A model generated the notes under the pieces. That model did not search any database. It was not told the origin of the DNA and was given only the letters and a program-made list of their open reading frames with translations. A stretch of DNA of 32,000 bases from Desulfocapsa sulfexigens DSM 10523. Its GTDB lineage: Bacteria; Desulfobacterota; Desulfobulbia; Desulfobulbales; Desulfocapsaceae. The translations under genes and the position numbers were made by a program. Location: assembly GCF_000341395.1 (NCBI RefSeq), contig NC_020304.1, positions 2,490,001 through 2,522,000 of the forward strand. Reading direction: 5' to 3'. Positions within the stretch are counted from its first letter, which is position 1. Every line of letters begins with the position of its first letter. Positions 1-8,346 of the stretch are shown here, piece by piece.

Positions 1-705
1 TTCAACGGAGTAGTTATCAACCTTTTTCAGCATCCAGAAAGAAATGCCCCCAAGAAGCAGACCATATAAAACTCCACCTACAACCTCTGTTGCAAAAATA
101 TGAAATATGGTCTCAACCGTTACAGGTTTTGTTCCCGTTGCCATCGCTGCTATCACCAAAAATACAACAACAGCGATACCATCGTTAAAGAGTGATTCAC
201 CAGCAATTTTTGTCTCAAGGCTCTTAGATGCTCCGGCGGTTTTCAAGATGCCCAGAACCGCGATGGGATCGGTGGGTGATATCAAAGAACCAAAGAGCAG
301 ACAATAAATCATCGGAATATTCAGATCCAACAAGGCCGAAATGTACCAGGCGCCAATACCAATCAAAAAAGTTGCCCCGATAACGCTTGCTGTTGCAAGG
401 ATTGCAATTACCAGACGTTGTTTTGCCAGATCCTCCAGATTGATATGTAATGCTCCGGCAAAAAGGAGAAAACTGAGCATTCCATGGAGCAGGGTCGCAT
501 TAAAATCAATGGAGGTGAGCATTCTTTCAACCTCCTGTCCAATGGTACCGTAACCAAACTTAGCCAGACCGATTAAAACAAGGGACATGACAAGGGCAAT
601 GGTCATTAAGCCAATGGCCGTCGGCATACGGAGAAAGCGGTAATTTACCCAACTGAATGCGGCAGCCAGGCTGATAAGAATGGCGATAATATGAAATAGC
701 TGCAT
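1..705 (-). CDS. Cation:proton antiporter (CPA1/NhaP-like), C-terminus truncated by window edge
   Basis: Hand translation of minus strand from ATG at 703-705: MQLFHIIAILISLAAAFSWVNYRFLRMPTAIGLMTIAL...LLFAGALHINLEDLAKQ...SLISPTDPIAVLGILKTAGASKSLETKIAGESLFNDGIAVVVF; typical SPTDPIAV and GESLFNDG motifs. Not in supplied ORF track because the stop lies outside the window. Confidence 0.9.
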   Translation of the reverse strand, partial: MQLFHIIAILISLAAAFSWVNYRFLRMPTAIGLMTIALVMSLVLIGLAKFGYGTIGQEVERMLTSIDFNATLLHGMLSFLLFAGALHINLEDLAKQRLVIAILATASVIGATFLIGIGAWYISALLDLNIPMIYCLLFGSLISPTDPIAVLGILKTAGASKSLETKIAGESLFNDGIAVVVFLVIAAMATGTKPVTVETIFHIFATEVVGGVLYGLLLGGISFWMLKKVDNYSVE

Positions 706-777
706 GCGATCTTCTTTTTTTTATAGGAATTGTGCCTGGGGACAGTGGTGGAAACCACCCTCTGCAAAGTTTATCCA

Positions 778-2205
778 TCAGGGGAGAATGGTAATATCCG
801 GATACACCCCTTGCATGTTGCCAAAGAGAAATGGTTGGATATTATTTAACGAAAGCTTACGGTTATTCTGTGCGTGTCCTTTAACATTGTTGTTATGCTC
901 ATGGAAAAAGGCACCGTTAACCTCAAGAATGTGTTGTATCCGGTCTTTAAAAGCCTGAACAAAGGTGGATCCGCTGCCTTCAAAAAACATGTTTCCCTGG
1001 TTGGTATGTGTTTCAATTTTTTTGAGATTCTCGAGTGAAATACTGTTTTCCTGAAGCTCCTGCTGATTGGTGACGAGTCCCCAAACCAGAGTGTCTTGAG
1101 GAATGGAGAGAGTCTCCTCGGAGTCTATAATGGTATGAGGCATGATCACACACCCCTTTCCTATTATGAGCCGATGTTCTGGTTTACCGAAGAGAAAACT
1201 GTTGAAGCCTACAAACACACCTTCATCGAGATCGGCTTCAATTATTTTTGCACCATGGGCTGTGACATTGCCCCCTTCCAGGCGAGAGTTAATGATAAAA
1301 CAATGTTCCTGAGCATTTGCCCCCCTGCCCAAATAGGAATTTTCCAGGTAGGCACGTTGGGCAACAAGTACATTTTCTGAAATCGTTGTGCTTGGCAGAA
1401 CGACGGCATAACGATCAAGTGAGGCGTTTTCCGGTACCTTGATTGTGTCTTCCAGGTTGGCAGCGTCAAAAATCGTATTGAATGCATCTTTGCGTGCCTC
1501 AATGAAATCAATCAGGAGCCCAGTTGGCCCTTTTTCAGGGGAACAGTGAATGTATTGCTTGAGTCTTTTTGTGGGATATTGATAGAGAAAATTAAATTGT
1601 CCCGGGCTGTTGACCCAAATTGTTCCAGGTTCGACGTTGAGGTGATTGATCTCGCCGGCCTGTATGTAGGAATAAGGGCCTATTACGCAATCGCGCATGG
1701 TTGTAAGATCAATTGTTGCAAAAGAACCAAGAAAACAGCCATCAGAGGGCGCTCCATGGATATTTGAGTAATCAAGCGCCAGTGTATCCTTGATGAAAAA
1801 ACGTTCGGGAGTCTCGGGATCATGAGAGTAGTTGTGCACCAGTGTCTTTATAAGAGCACTGGTTTCTATGTCTATAAGCTCGTCTTTTGCAAGATCAATA
1901 CTGAAGTGTTTGTATTGAAAGGTGTCCCCTTTTCGCTTGAGTTCGTCACCTCGTATATCTGATTTGTAGAGCAGCGAATCTGATATTCGACAATTACCAA
2001 GAAAATAACTGCCTGCAAGACCACTGTGAATAAACTTGAGGTTGAGTGGGATATCTGCTGTGATTCCATAAAAAGCATAGAATTCACTCATTTTTTCCAG
2101 ATTGATATGGTCTTTAACAAAGGGGCTTACGTCAAAAGTAAGATCTCGAAGATTGATATTCACTCGCTGGATGATTCTGTTGAAAATCTTTTCAATTTCG
2201 TACAT
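778..2205 (-). CDS. Large left-handed beta-helix (hexapeptide-repeat) protein, function unknown; ORF track start 2253, more likely start MYEIEKIF at 2205
   Basis: Long ORF with hexapeptide-like repeats (LGNCRISDSLLYKSDI; VVLPSTTISENVLVAQRAYLENSYLGRG; GKGCVIMPHTIIDSEETLSIP); AAGGA-like SD just upstream of ATG at 2205. Confidence 0.65.
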   Translation of the reverse strand: MYEIEKIFNRIIQRVNINLRDLTFDVSPFVKDHINLEKMSEFYAFYGITADIPLNLKFIHSGLAGSYFLGNCRISDSLLYKSDIRGDELKRKGDTFQYKHFSIDLAKDELIDIETSALIKTLVHNYSHDPETPERFFIKDTLALDYSNIHGAPSDGCFLGSFATIDLTTMRDCVIGPYSYIQAGEINHLNVEPGTIWVNSPGQFNFLYQYPTKRLKQYIHCSPEKGPTGLLIDFIEARKDAFNTIFDAANLEDTIKVPENASLDRYAVVLPSTTISENVLVAQRAYLENSYLGRGANAQEHCFIINSRLEGGNVTAHGAKIIEADLDEGVFVGFNSFLFGKPEHRLIIGKGCVIMPHTIIDSEETLSIPQDTLVWGLVTNQQELQENSISLENLKKIETHTNQGNMFFEGSGSTFVQAFKDRIQHILEVNGAFFHEHNNNVKGHAQNNRKLSLNNIQPFLFGNMQGVYPDITILP

Positions 2206-2277
2206 GGCGTATCCTTGAATAGGGGAAGAAGTCTGTCCTATTAACTTTTCCATGGAATCATGGAGTGTTGTGTCGTG

Positions 2278-2844
2278 CTACTTTTCTCCAATATTCAATG
2301 CCTTCATTCCATGGCAAGCTGCGACAAAAACATCTGCTATGCGCAGGACACCGATTATTTCCTCATCCCTTTTGACAAGTAGTGAAAGGTGATTGCCACT
2401 CACCAGTTTGTGAACAGCAATATCAAGTGGACTTGATTCTGCAACGTATTCATCAGGTGTCGGTTTCTGCATGAATTCTTCCACTTTTTTACCGGCAGCT
2501 TTTTTTAGGGCCTGTTGGGTGAAAATTTTTGTGTCAAGACGAATAGTTTCTCTGATGTTTTCGATATATGCGTCACTGAAATTAAACATTTTAAGTTTGC
2601 TGAGGTCTTTTGAAAGCTCCTCTCCGGCTTCTATAGCCTTGAGTATCCTGTGTTGGCTGATTCTGCCGACAACTTTTTTCTCATCGTCCAGAACAAGAAT
2701 GGCTCGGTGCTGATATTTGCCGTGATAGAATTTTTCCTGAGCCTGCTCAAGCGCTAAAATTGCGTCGAAGAGCGTTGTGCCAAGCGATACAGTTGCATAT
2801 TCGGAGATGGGTAATAAGAGTTTTTTTACTGTGAAATTTTTCAT
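2278..2844 (-). CDS. CBS-domain pair protein
   Basis: 188 aa with two CBS-like repeats (HRAILVLDDEKKVVGRISQHRIL; HLSLLVKRDEEIIGVLRIADVF). Confidence 0.8.
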   Translation of the reverse strand: MKNFTVKKLLLPISEYATVSLGTTLFDAILALEQAQEKFYHGKYQHRAILVLDDEKKVVGRISQHRILKAIEAGEELSKDLSKLKMFNFSDAYIENIRETIRLDTKIFTQQALKKAAGKKVEEFMQKPTPDEYVAESSPLDIAVHKLVSGNHLSLLVKRDEEIIGVLRIADVFVAACHGMKALNIGEK

Positions 2845-3140
2845 ATAATCCCATGCTTGATCAAATTCTTATCAACAACTCCCTTGTCCCAGGCAAAACT
2901 GCGACATTTGTGAAGAATAATACTATTGTGTATCTCATCCATACTGTAGGTGTATACTCACGCTATTTAGATGTCAACTTTTAGTGAGGGAGGATATGCT
3001 TGCTGGTTTGTGTGAATCGCCACGAGTATTCTAGACACTCATCTCCTTTATAGCAGCCCATAAATTATAAGGCTAAAATAAGAGAAGAACAGTAGATCTA
3101 TTAATCTGGGACATTGACAGGATATTGAATCTTCGGAATG

Positions 3141-3234
3141 GCTGTACGTTATAGCTCAGGGGATTTCGCCACTTTACCCCGATATTTGCCCAAAGATCGG
3201 ACTGGCAAAATTTTCCCGCAGCGCCTTGTTATGC
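3141..3234 (-). repeat. Putative degenerate attC site after the parE cassette
   Basis: Minus strand: GCATAAC-AAGGC-GCTGCGGG...CCCCTGAGC-TATAAC-GTACAGC. R''-like GCATAAC overlaps the parE stop; L boxes GCT..GGG/CCC..AGC pair; R' is degenerate. Confidence 0.4.
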
Positions 3235-3525
3235 TATTAGTTCATCTACAGGTAGTATTTGCTTAGTGTGACGGATAGTAAGAATGGCAATACTCATCTC
3301 TTCTATTCGGTAAATTATTCGATAATTACCAAAAATAATTCCTCTTATTTCTTTTCTGTTTATTTCTGGAACAGTACGGCCCATTTTGGGCATTGAATTT
3401 AAGATTAGAACTTTTTCAAAAATATCATCAATCCATTTTGATGCAGCCGTAGGATTGTCTAATGAAATATATTCTGCAATTTCCGAGGCTCTATCAATAG
3501 CTAATGGAGACCAGGTTATTTTCAT
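3229..3525 (-). CDS. Type II toxin, RelE/ParE family
   Basis: 98 aa, MKITWSPLAIDRASEIAEYISLDNPTAASKWIDDIFEKV...IIFGNYRIIYRI...ILTIRHTKQ, typical ParE/RelE fold signature. Confidence 0.88.
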   Translation of the reverse strand: MKITWSPLAIDRASEIAEYISLDNPTAASKWIDDIFEKVLILNSMPKMGRTVPEINRKEIRGIIFGNYRIIYRIEEMSIAILTIRHTKQILPVDELIA

Positions 3526-3803
3526 TTGGATATTCTCTTTAAGATCATATCCTTTGCGTTTTTGTGTGCTACTCCTTCTCCATTTTCAATTTGGCTAATT
3601 GCTTTTTGCACATCACTTAGCAATTCGATCTTTTCCTGCATAGCTTCATATTCGCCTACGTCCAACAATACAGCAGCACCTTTGCCATGCTGAGTAATAA
3701 TTAGTGGTCTTTTAGTATCGTGGACTTGCTTAAGAAAAGAAGCTATTCCTGCCCTGAATTCTGACATAGAACGTATATCTTGATCTACTCTCAATCTTTG
3801 CAT
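3522..3803 (-). CDS. Antitoxin, Phd/YefM family
   Basis: 93 aa, RSMSEFRAGIASFLKQVHDTKRPLIITQHGKGAAVLLDVGEYEAM; overlaps the toxin start by 4 nt; AAAGGAG SD. Confidence 0.9.
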   Translation of the reverse strand: MQRLRVDQDIRSMSEFRAGIASFLKQVHDTKRPLIITQHGKGAAVLLDVGEYEAMQEKIELLSDVQKAISQIENGEGVAHKNAKDMILKRISK

Positions 3804-3831
3804 TTGGGCATCTCCTTTGGTGTGGAATGTG

Positions 3832-3878
3832 GTACATTATAACGTACTTCAGGAGGTTCGTGCAATGGTTATTGTTTC
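3832..3878 (-). promoter_or_regulatory. phd-parE promoter with near-palindromic operator over the -10
   Basis: Minus strand TTGCAC-18 nt-TATAAT; 16-bp near palindrome GTACGTTATAATGTAC (3832-3847, 14/16 self-complementary) covers the -10. Confidence 0.6.
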
Positions 3879-4066
3879 GAGGCGAATAACGAGTCTGCAG
3901 AAAAACCCAATTTCCAGAAAGGTTCTCCTGCCTGACTTCAGAATTCTGATTTAGACTAAATTGTTTTTATCCTAATTGGTTATATCACACCTGCTAAATT
4001 TGTCATGAAAATCATAACAGACGCATGTATTTGATCTTCTAACCCATGCCTTTCCCTTTGTTTGTC

Positions 4067-5620
4067 TTATGTTGCTCCTGGCATTCCATAGTTATGCACC
4101 TTTTTCAGGTTATGGACGACACAAAACAACAGCCATTGGTTGTTGACCTTCTTTTTCCCTCGAAAGCTGAAACGATCTAATCCCATGACATGTCTGATAT
4201 GTGCAAAAGGTGGCTCTGCTGTTGCTATTCTCTTGGCGTAGATGGCCTTGCCTATAACAGAATCAATCTTGCTTTTCATCTTATCAGCAAAAGATGCACC
4301 TGTGTTTGTAGGTACCGTACCAAGCGCACATGTCACTTGTCGTACTTCTGTTCTCTCTGGATACCGGAGGCATTGGGTTCTCAGTTTACATGGGCGGCAG
4401 TTTTTTTTCTGGCCTGTAAAAGCAGCACGCTTCACTCCTCTTAATAATGGAAAACCGCTTTTGTACATCCGCTTACCCGCTGGGCATACGCAATAACGAA
4501 ACTCTGGGTCAAATGTGAAATCTTTTGGAAGAAACTGCTTGCGCGAGTGATCTATTTTCCTGCGTTCCTCTGTTGTTCTTTCTTTGTATCTACCAGCATT
4601 GTCAAACCGGGGGTCTCTTTTGCGGAAATAGCGGTCCGCGATATAGGCATCTATTTGCTCTTCTGCCAACATCTCCATATTCTTATTGGTGTGAAAACCA
4701 CTGTCTGCGGTCAGTTTTGTGGTCTTGAAAACATCTTCGTCACTCTCAATACTCTCAAAGTTTTTACGCGTTATTTCTATCATCGGAGATAGTAAATTGT
4801 ATTCGGTGGCCTCTCCGTAGGCTGCAGCTCCAACGATCACCTGGTGCCTGTTATCCACCATCGCAACGCCATTATATCCCTGGATTATACCATTGGAGGA
4901 TTTTATCTTGGCACTGTCGTTATCTGTTATGTTGGACTTGGTGGGAGTCTTATTATGGCCTGGCTTGTCATCATTATCATCCATCCATTCTTTTATTTTT
5001 TTCACCTGTTTCTTCAGGGTTGAAACATACTGTTTCTCGGTTTCCTTTACTCTATTCTCAGGTTTTGTTAGATCTGCTTCACGGTGACGTTTGACGATAC
5101 GTTCAATGGCATTTTCCAACTTCAGGCATTTTCTCTTAAAATCTTTCTTCGTTCCGCTCCACTCTTTTGAGGCATTTGAAGGGAGCTTACATCCATCAAC
5201 GGCAAACATCTCTCGTCCGATGAGGCCCATTGCATCGCAGACGAGGAGGACCTCCCGGAAGAGTGTGATCACCTCTTTATCCATACTGGAAATAAAGTTA
5301 GAAATGGTTGTGAAGTGAGGTCTGCTATGGGCTGATAGAGCCATGAAAACCACATTTTCCTCACAGCACTTGGCTATCTCTCTACTTGAGGTTATCCCTC
5401 TGGAATAGGCAAACAAAACAACTTTTAACAAGATACGGGGATCATAAGCGGGGGCACCATTTTCGTCATTCCGATAACGACTATCCAAATGAGACAAGTC
5501 CATTTCATGATCTATAAGATAGTTGATGGAGTACTCAAAAGTACCTTTCTGAAGCTGCTTGTTGAAAAAGACCGGGAGGAAATGACCTTGTGCAGGGTTA
5601 TAGGGCTTGTATTTTGCCAC
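4067..5620 (-). CDS. IS1182-family transposase (DDE)
   Basis: 517 aa: MAKYKPYNPAQGHFLPVFFNKQLQKGTFEYSINYLIDHEMDLSHLDSRY...VDGCKLPSNASKEWSG...PAGKRMYKSGF...FRGKKKVNNQWLLFCVVHNLKKV; typical IS1182 layout with Cys-rich insert. Confidence 0.9.
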   Translation of the reverse strand: MAKYKPYNPAQGHFLPVFFNKQLQKGTFEYSINYLIDHEMDLSHLDSRYRNDENGAPAYDPRILLKVVLFAYSRGITSSREIAKCCEENVVFMALSAHSRPHFTTISNFISSMDKEVITLFREVLLVCDAMGLIGREMFAVDGCKLPSNASKEWSGTKKDFKRKCLKLENAIERIVKRHREADLTKPENRVKETEKQYVSTLKKQVKKIKEWMDDNDDKPGHNKTPTKSNITDNDSAKIKSSNGIIQGYNGVAMVDNRHQVIVGAAAYGEATEYNLLSPMIEITRKNFESIESDEDVFKTTKLTADSGFHTNKNMEMLAEEQIDAYIADRYFRKRDPRFDNAGRYKERTTEERRKIDHSRKQFLPKDFTFDPEFRYCVCPAGKRMYKSGFPLLRGVKRAAFTGQKKNCRPCKLRTQCLRYPERTEVRQVTCALGTVPTNTGASFADKMKSKIDSVIGKAIYAKRIATAEPPFAHIRHVMGLDRFSFRGKKKVNNQWLLFCVVHNLKKVHNYGMPGAT

Positions 5621-5670
5621 AATGAACCTCTTTTTAGATGTTCAGTTGTCTGTTTGGTTAACTTCGGCAA

Positions 5671-5699
5671 AATATAGCATATTTTGTCAATAATATCAA
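5671..5699 (-). promoter_or_regulatory. Putative sigma70 promoter directed toward the transposase
   Basis: Minus strand TTGATA (5694-5699) -17 nt- TATATT (5671-5676), overlapping inverted repeat CAAAATAT-AGC-ATATTTTG (5668-5686). Confidence 0.5.
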
Positions 5700-6344
5700 G
5701 GTGGTTATGGTTATTCTACAGGCTCAACGTTTGAGTTAACCAGTGCGCCACCCAAAGATGCAGATGAGGCAACCAACCTCTTCGCATCTGGTTAAACGCC
5801 TGGTGTACGCCCGACATGGGCGTGAACTAATGGGGTTAGAGTCCCCTGTAAGTGTTCCATGTAACGTTGTGAAACGTAACATAAATTACTAGCCAATGGC
5901 AAGGGCGTTACCGTGAGGTAGGGTCTGAAGGAAGCCGGATGGCAAAGATATGGGGTGACGAACAGAAATATCATATAAGGCCGAGTCTCTGGGTCAGTCA
6001 GCACAACATGATTACGCCCGGGAACAGGAGATACGGTAAATGATGCGCTCGCATATCGGAAGTTCACGCTCTTATTCGGGGAGATCTGTATTCCATGCAA
6101 TATGAAATTATTTCCAGTGAAATTACCGGTGGGGTTCCGGTTTCCAAATATCCCGGCATAGACAGGGAATGTCCTGCCCGTCTGTGAGATACGAAGAAAG
6201 AAGACAGACAGGAAATGATGAAATACGGCACCACTTTGAGCAATCGGAATGGTGAGAATGCAGAAGTCAGCAGAAGCCATAGTAGTCCAAAGCCGGGGGT
6301 AATGCCGCGGACACGGTGAAGGGCTGAACATTAAGGAGAGAAAT

Positions 6345-7694
6345 ATGTTGCCAAGACATCTTACACGTACTGTGAACCTGAACGGGGGAGTAGTGTATAA
6401 GCGTATCGCGGATGAGCAGTTCTCAAACGATCAACTACTGGAACGTATAGTTTCGACAGAGAATGTCGGTAAGGCCTGGAAACAGGTGCGCAGTAATAAA
6501 GGTGCTCCCGGAATCGACGAAATAACAGTCGGGGATTTCCCGTTCACTTTTCGTGAATGCTGGCCTGAAATACGCTCAACCATACTGGAAGGGAATTACA
6601 CCCCTTCTCCTGTTCAGAGAGTTGAAATCCCCAAACCGGATGGCAGTACTCGTCCTCTTGGGATTCCAACTGTGCTGGATAGAGTTATCCAGCAGGCCAT
6701 CGCTCAGGTTATGAGTCCTATTTTCGAGCCTCATTTTTCAGAATCGAGTTGTGGGTTCAGACCGGGCAGATCAGCCCATGATGGAGTGAAGCAGATAAAG
6801 CAGTACATCAGACAGGGCTACAAAGTCGCAGTTGATATGGATTTGTCGAAATTCTTCGACACAGTCAACCACGATGTTCTGATGAACCGGGTATCACGTC
6901 GGATAGAAGATAAACGTGTACTCAAGCTTATCGGCAAATACCTTCGGGCTGGCGTAATGGTTAATGGCCGTCGTCTTGCAACTCCGCTTGGAGTACCGCA
7001 GGGCGGTCCTCTTTCGCCACTTCTTGCAAATATTCTTCTTGACGATCTGGATAAGGAACTGGAGAAACGTGGTCACCACTTCGTTCGTTATGCCGATGAC
7101 TTCATCATTTTAGTGAAAAGTCTTTCAGCAGCAGAACGGGTGATGGCCAGTGTCAGCAGATTCCTGAAAAGAGAGCTACGGCTAATCGTCAACGAGAAGA
7201 AAAGCAGTTTTGGTAAAGTGGAGGAATGCAGTTTTCTCGGGTTTGTCTTTGTGCGAGGCAAAATAAGATGGAGCGACAAAGCCTTTTGTGAGTTCAAAAG
7301 ACGTATTCGTCTTTTTACCGGAAGAAGCTGGGGCGTCTCCATGGAATACCGCCTACACAAACTTGCAGAGTATGTACGGGGCTGGATAAACTATTACGGC
7401 ATTTCGGAGTATTATCGCCCGATCCCGATAGTAGACGAATGGCTCCGTCGCAGGATACGAATGTGTTTCTGGAAACAATGGAGATATACACGAACCAAAG
7501 TGTCCAATCTTCTCAAGCTGGGAACCTTCAAAAGACAGGCAATTATGACAGCATTAAGTCGTAAAGGCCCATGGCATCTCGCCAGAACCCTGGCTGCACA
7601 AACGGGCATGACCAACAAATGGCTGAAAGAACTTGGGTTGATATCTGTCAAAGACCAGTGGGTGAAGATTCACTATCCGGCTCAGGCCCGATGA
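6345..7694 (+). CDS. ltrA: Group II intron-encoded reverse transcriptase/maturase (RT + domain X, no obvious HNH endonuclease)
   Basis: 449 aa with GTPSPVQRVEIPKPDGSTRPLGIPTVLDRVIQQAI-type RT motifs, FEPHFSESSCGFRPGRSAHD, GVPQGGPLSPLLANI, VRYADDFIIL, and RGWINYYG maturase motif; SD AAGGAG upstream. Confidence 0.95.
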   Translation: MLPRHLTRTVNLNGGVVYKRIADEQFSNDQLLERIVSTENVGKAWKQVRSNKGAPGIDEITVGDFPFTFRECWPEIRSTILEGNYTPSPVQRVEIPKPDGSTRPLGIPTVLDRVIQQAIAQVMSPIFEPHFSESSCGFRPGRSAHDGVKQIKQYIRQGYKVAVDMDLSKFFDTVNHDVLMNRVSRRIEDKRVLKLIGKYLRAGVMVNGRRLATPLGVPQGGPLSPLLANILLDDLDKELEKRGHHFVRYADDFIILVKSLSAAERVMASVSRFLKRELRLIVNEKKSSFGKVEECSFLGFVFVRGKIRWSDKAFCEFKRRIRLFTGRSWGVSMEYRLHKLAEYVRGWINYYGISEYYRPIPIVDEWLRRRIRMCFWKQWRYTRTKVSNLLKLGTFKRQAIMTALSRKGPWHLARTLAAQTGMTNKWLKELGLISVKDQWVKIHYPAQAR

Positions 7695-7738
7695 CCTTAA
7701 TGAACCGCCCTATGCGGAGCCGCTTGTGGGGTGGTGTG

Positions 7739-7772
7739 GGGAGGGCGAGGGAAAACCTCGCCCTTACCCGAT
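7739..7772 (+). ncRNA. Group II intron domain VI-like 3' end (follows domain V at about 7700-7738)
   Basis: GGGCGAGGGAAAACCTCGCCCTTACCCGAT: GC-rich hairpin with 3' bulged-A region and AT intron terminus. Confidence 0.75.
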
Positions 7773-7810
7773 TCGGCGATTTTCACCATCTGGCTTGTCG
7801 CTAAACCTAA

Positions 7811-7846
7811 AAAAGGCCAGGCACTCTCATGAGTATCCGGCCTTTT
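7811..7846 (-). terminator. Rho-independent terminator of the Hic cassette
   Basis: AAAAGGCC...GGCCTTTT 8-bp perfect outer stem with inner ACTC/GAGT and TCAT loop; T-run on the minus strand after the last cassette gene. Confidence 0.8.
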
Positions 7847-7860
7847 AAAGGTATGAAAAT

Positions 7861-8318
7861 ATGATAAATATTTTTGATTATCCAGGGGAAGGTGCATTGC
7901 TCTTAGGTTCTTTTATTAAGTCAACTAGAAATGGAATTTCGCTATCTAACTTCCATCGTGTATTTCTTTTTGTTTCAACCGTTATCAAGTATTCACCTTC
8001 ATGCTCAGCCACAAGGTTAGCTATTTCAACGTTTATGTTTGCTGTCCTGCCTACAGGACCACCAATTACAATTGGTTGTTCCAGTAGTATTTCTTTTTTT
8101 TCTGTTCCGGGAACAATTATCCCTATACGGAAACGAATATTTCTTTTATTTTTAGAATTATAGAACCATGTTGAGGTGAGTATTAATGGTGGTATTTTAG
8201 ATGGCAGACCTGTAAGGCCAAATGAAGCTCCACTTAACACCTCGATAAAACTTGGTAATTTAGTTCTTTCATCTGCTATTACTTTGCTACAGATGAGACT
8301 CGTCACATGTCGGATCAT
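7861..8318 (-). CDS. Hypothetical protein resembling DUF6941-type proteins; third gene of Hic cassette
   Basis: ORF following hicB: MIRHVTSLICSKVIADERTKLPSFIEVLSGASFGLTGLP...FRIGIIVPGTEKKEI...ANINVEIANLVAEHEGEYLITVE. The short N-terminal ICSxVxxD pattern recalls DUF6941; family name from memory. Confidence 0.6.
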
Positions 8319-8346
8319 ATCATCATCATCCTTTTAATACTCTTAA

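Larger units (their letters stand above)
3874..5707 (-). mobile_element. IS1182-family insertion sequence, boundaries approximate
   Basis: Full-length transposase plus flanks; no convincing terminal inverted repeats found by eye. ATGGTTATT occurs at 3865-3873 and 5708-5716 as a possible but unproven target duplication. Confidence 0.4.
5744..7772 (+). mobile_element. Complete bacterial group II intron with encoded reverse transcriptase/maturase
   Basis: 5' boundary GTGCGCC at 5744; structured domain I region; RT/maturase ORF; domain V-like GAACCGCCCTATGCGGAGCCGCTTGTGGGGTGGTGT; domain VI-like GGGCGAGGGAAAACCTCGCCCTTACCCGAT ending at 7772. Confidence 0.88.
5723..7806 (-). repeat. attC-like site interrupted by the group II intron (flanking parts 5723-5743 and 7773-7806, about 55 bp when rejoined)
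   Basis: Rejoined minus strand: GTTTAGC-GACAAGCCAGATGGTGAAAATCGCCGATGGTTAACTCAAAC-GTTGAGC. The 3' end resembles canonical GGCTTAACTCAAGCGTTAGRC; AGCCA/TGGTT and GGTGA/TCGCC stems with AAA loop. R'' is degenerate. Confidence 0.5.

Noticed and set aside
107-553. Plus-strand ORFs of 66 and 70 aa
   Set aside because: Antisense to the clearly coding, truncated antiporter gene on the minus strand.
3143-3847. GTACGTTATA present in both orientations around the phd-parE genes
   Set aside because: The copies are inverted and only 10 bp; one is explained by the promoter palindrome, the other by a possible degraded attC arm. No evidence of a mobile element.
5792-6331. 179-aa minus-strand ORF near intron 5' region
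   Set aside because: Lies over the structured RNA domain I region of the group II intron; translation looks non-proteinaceous.
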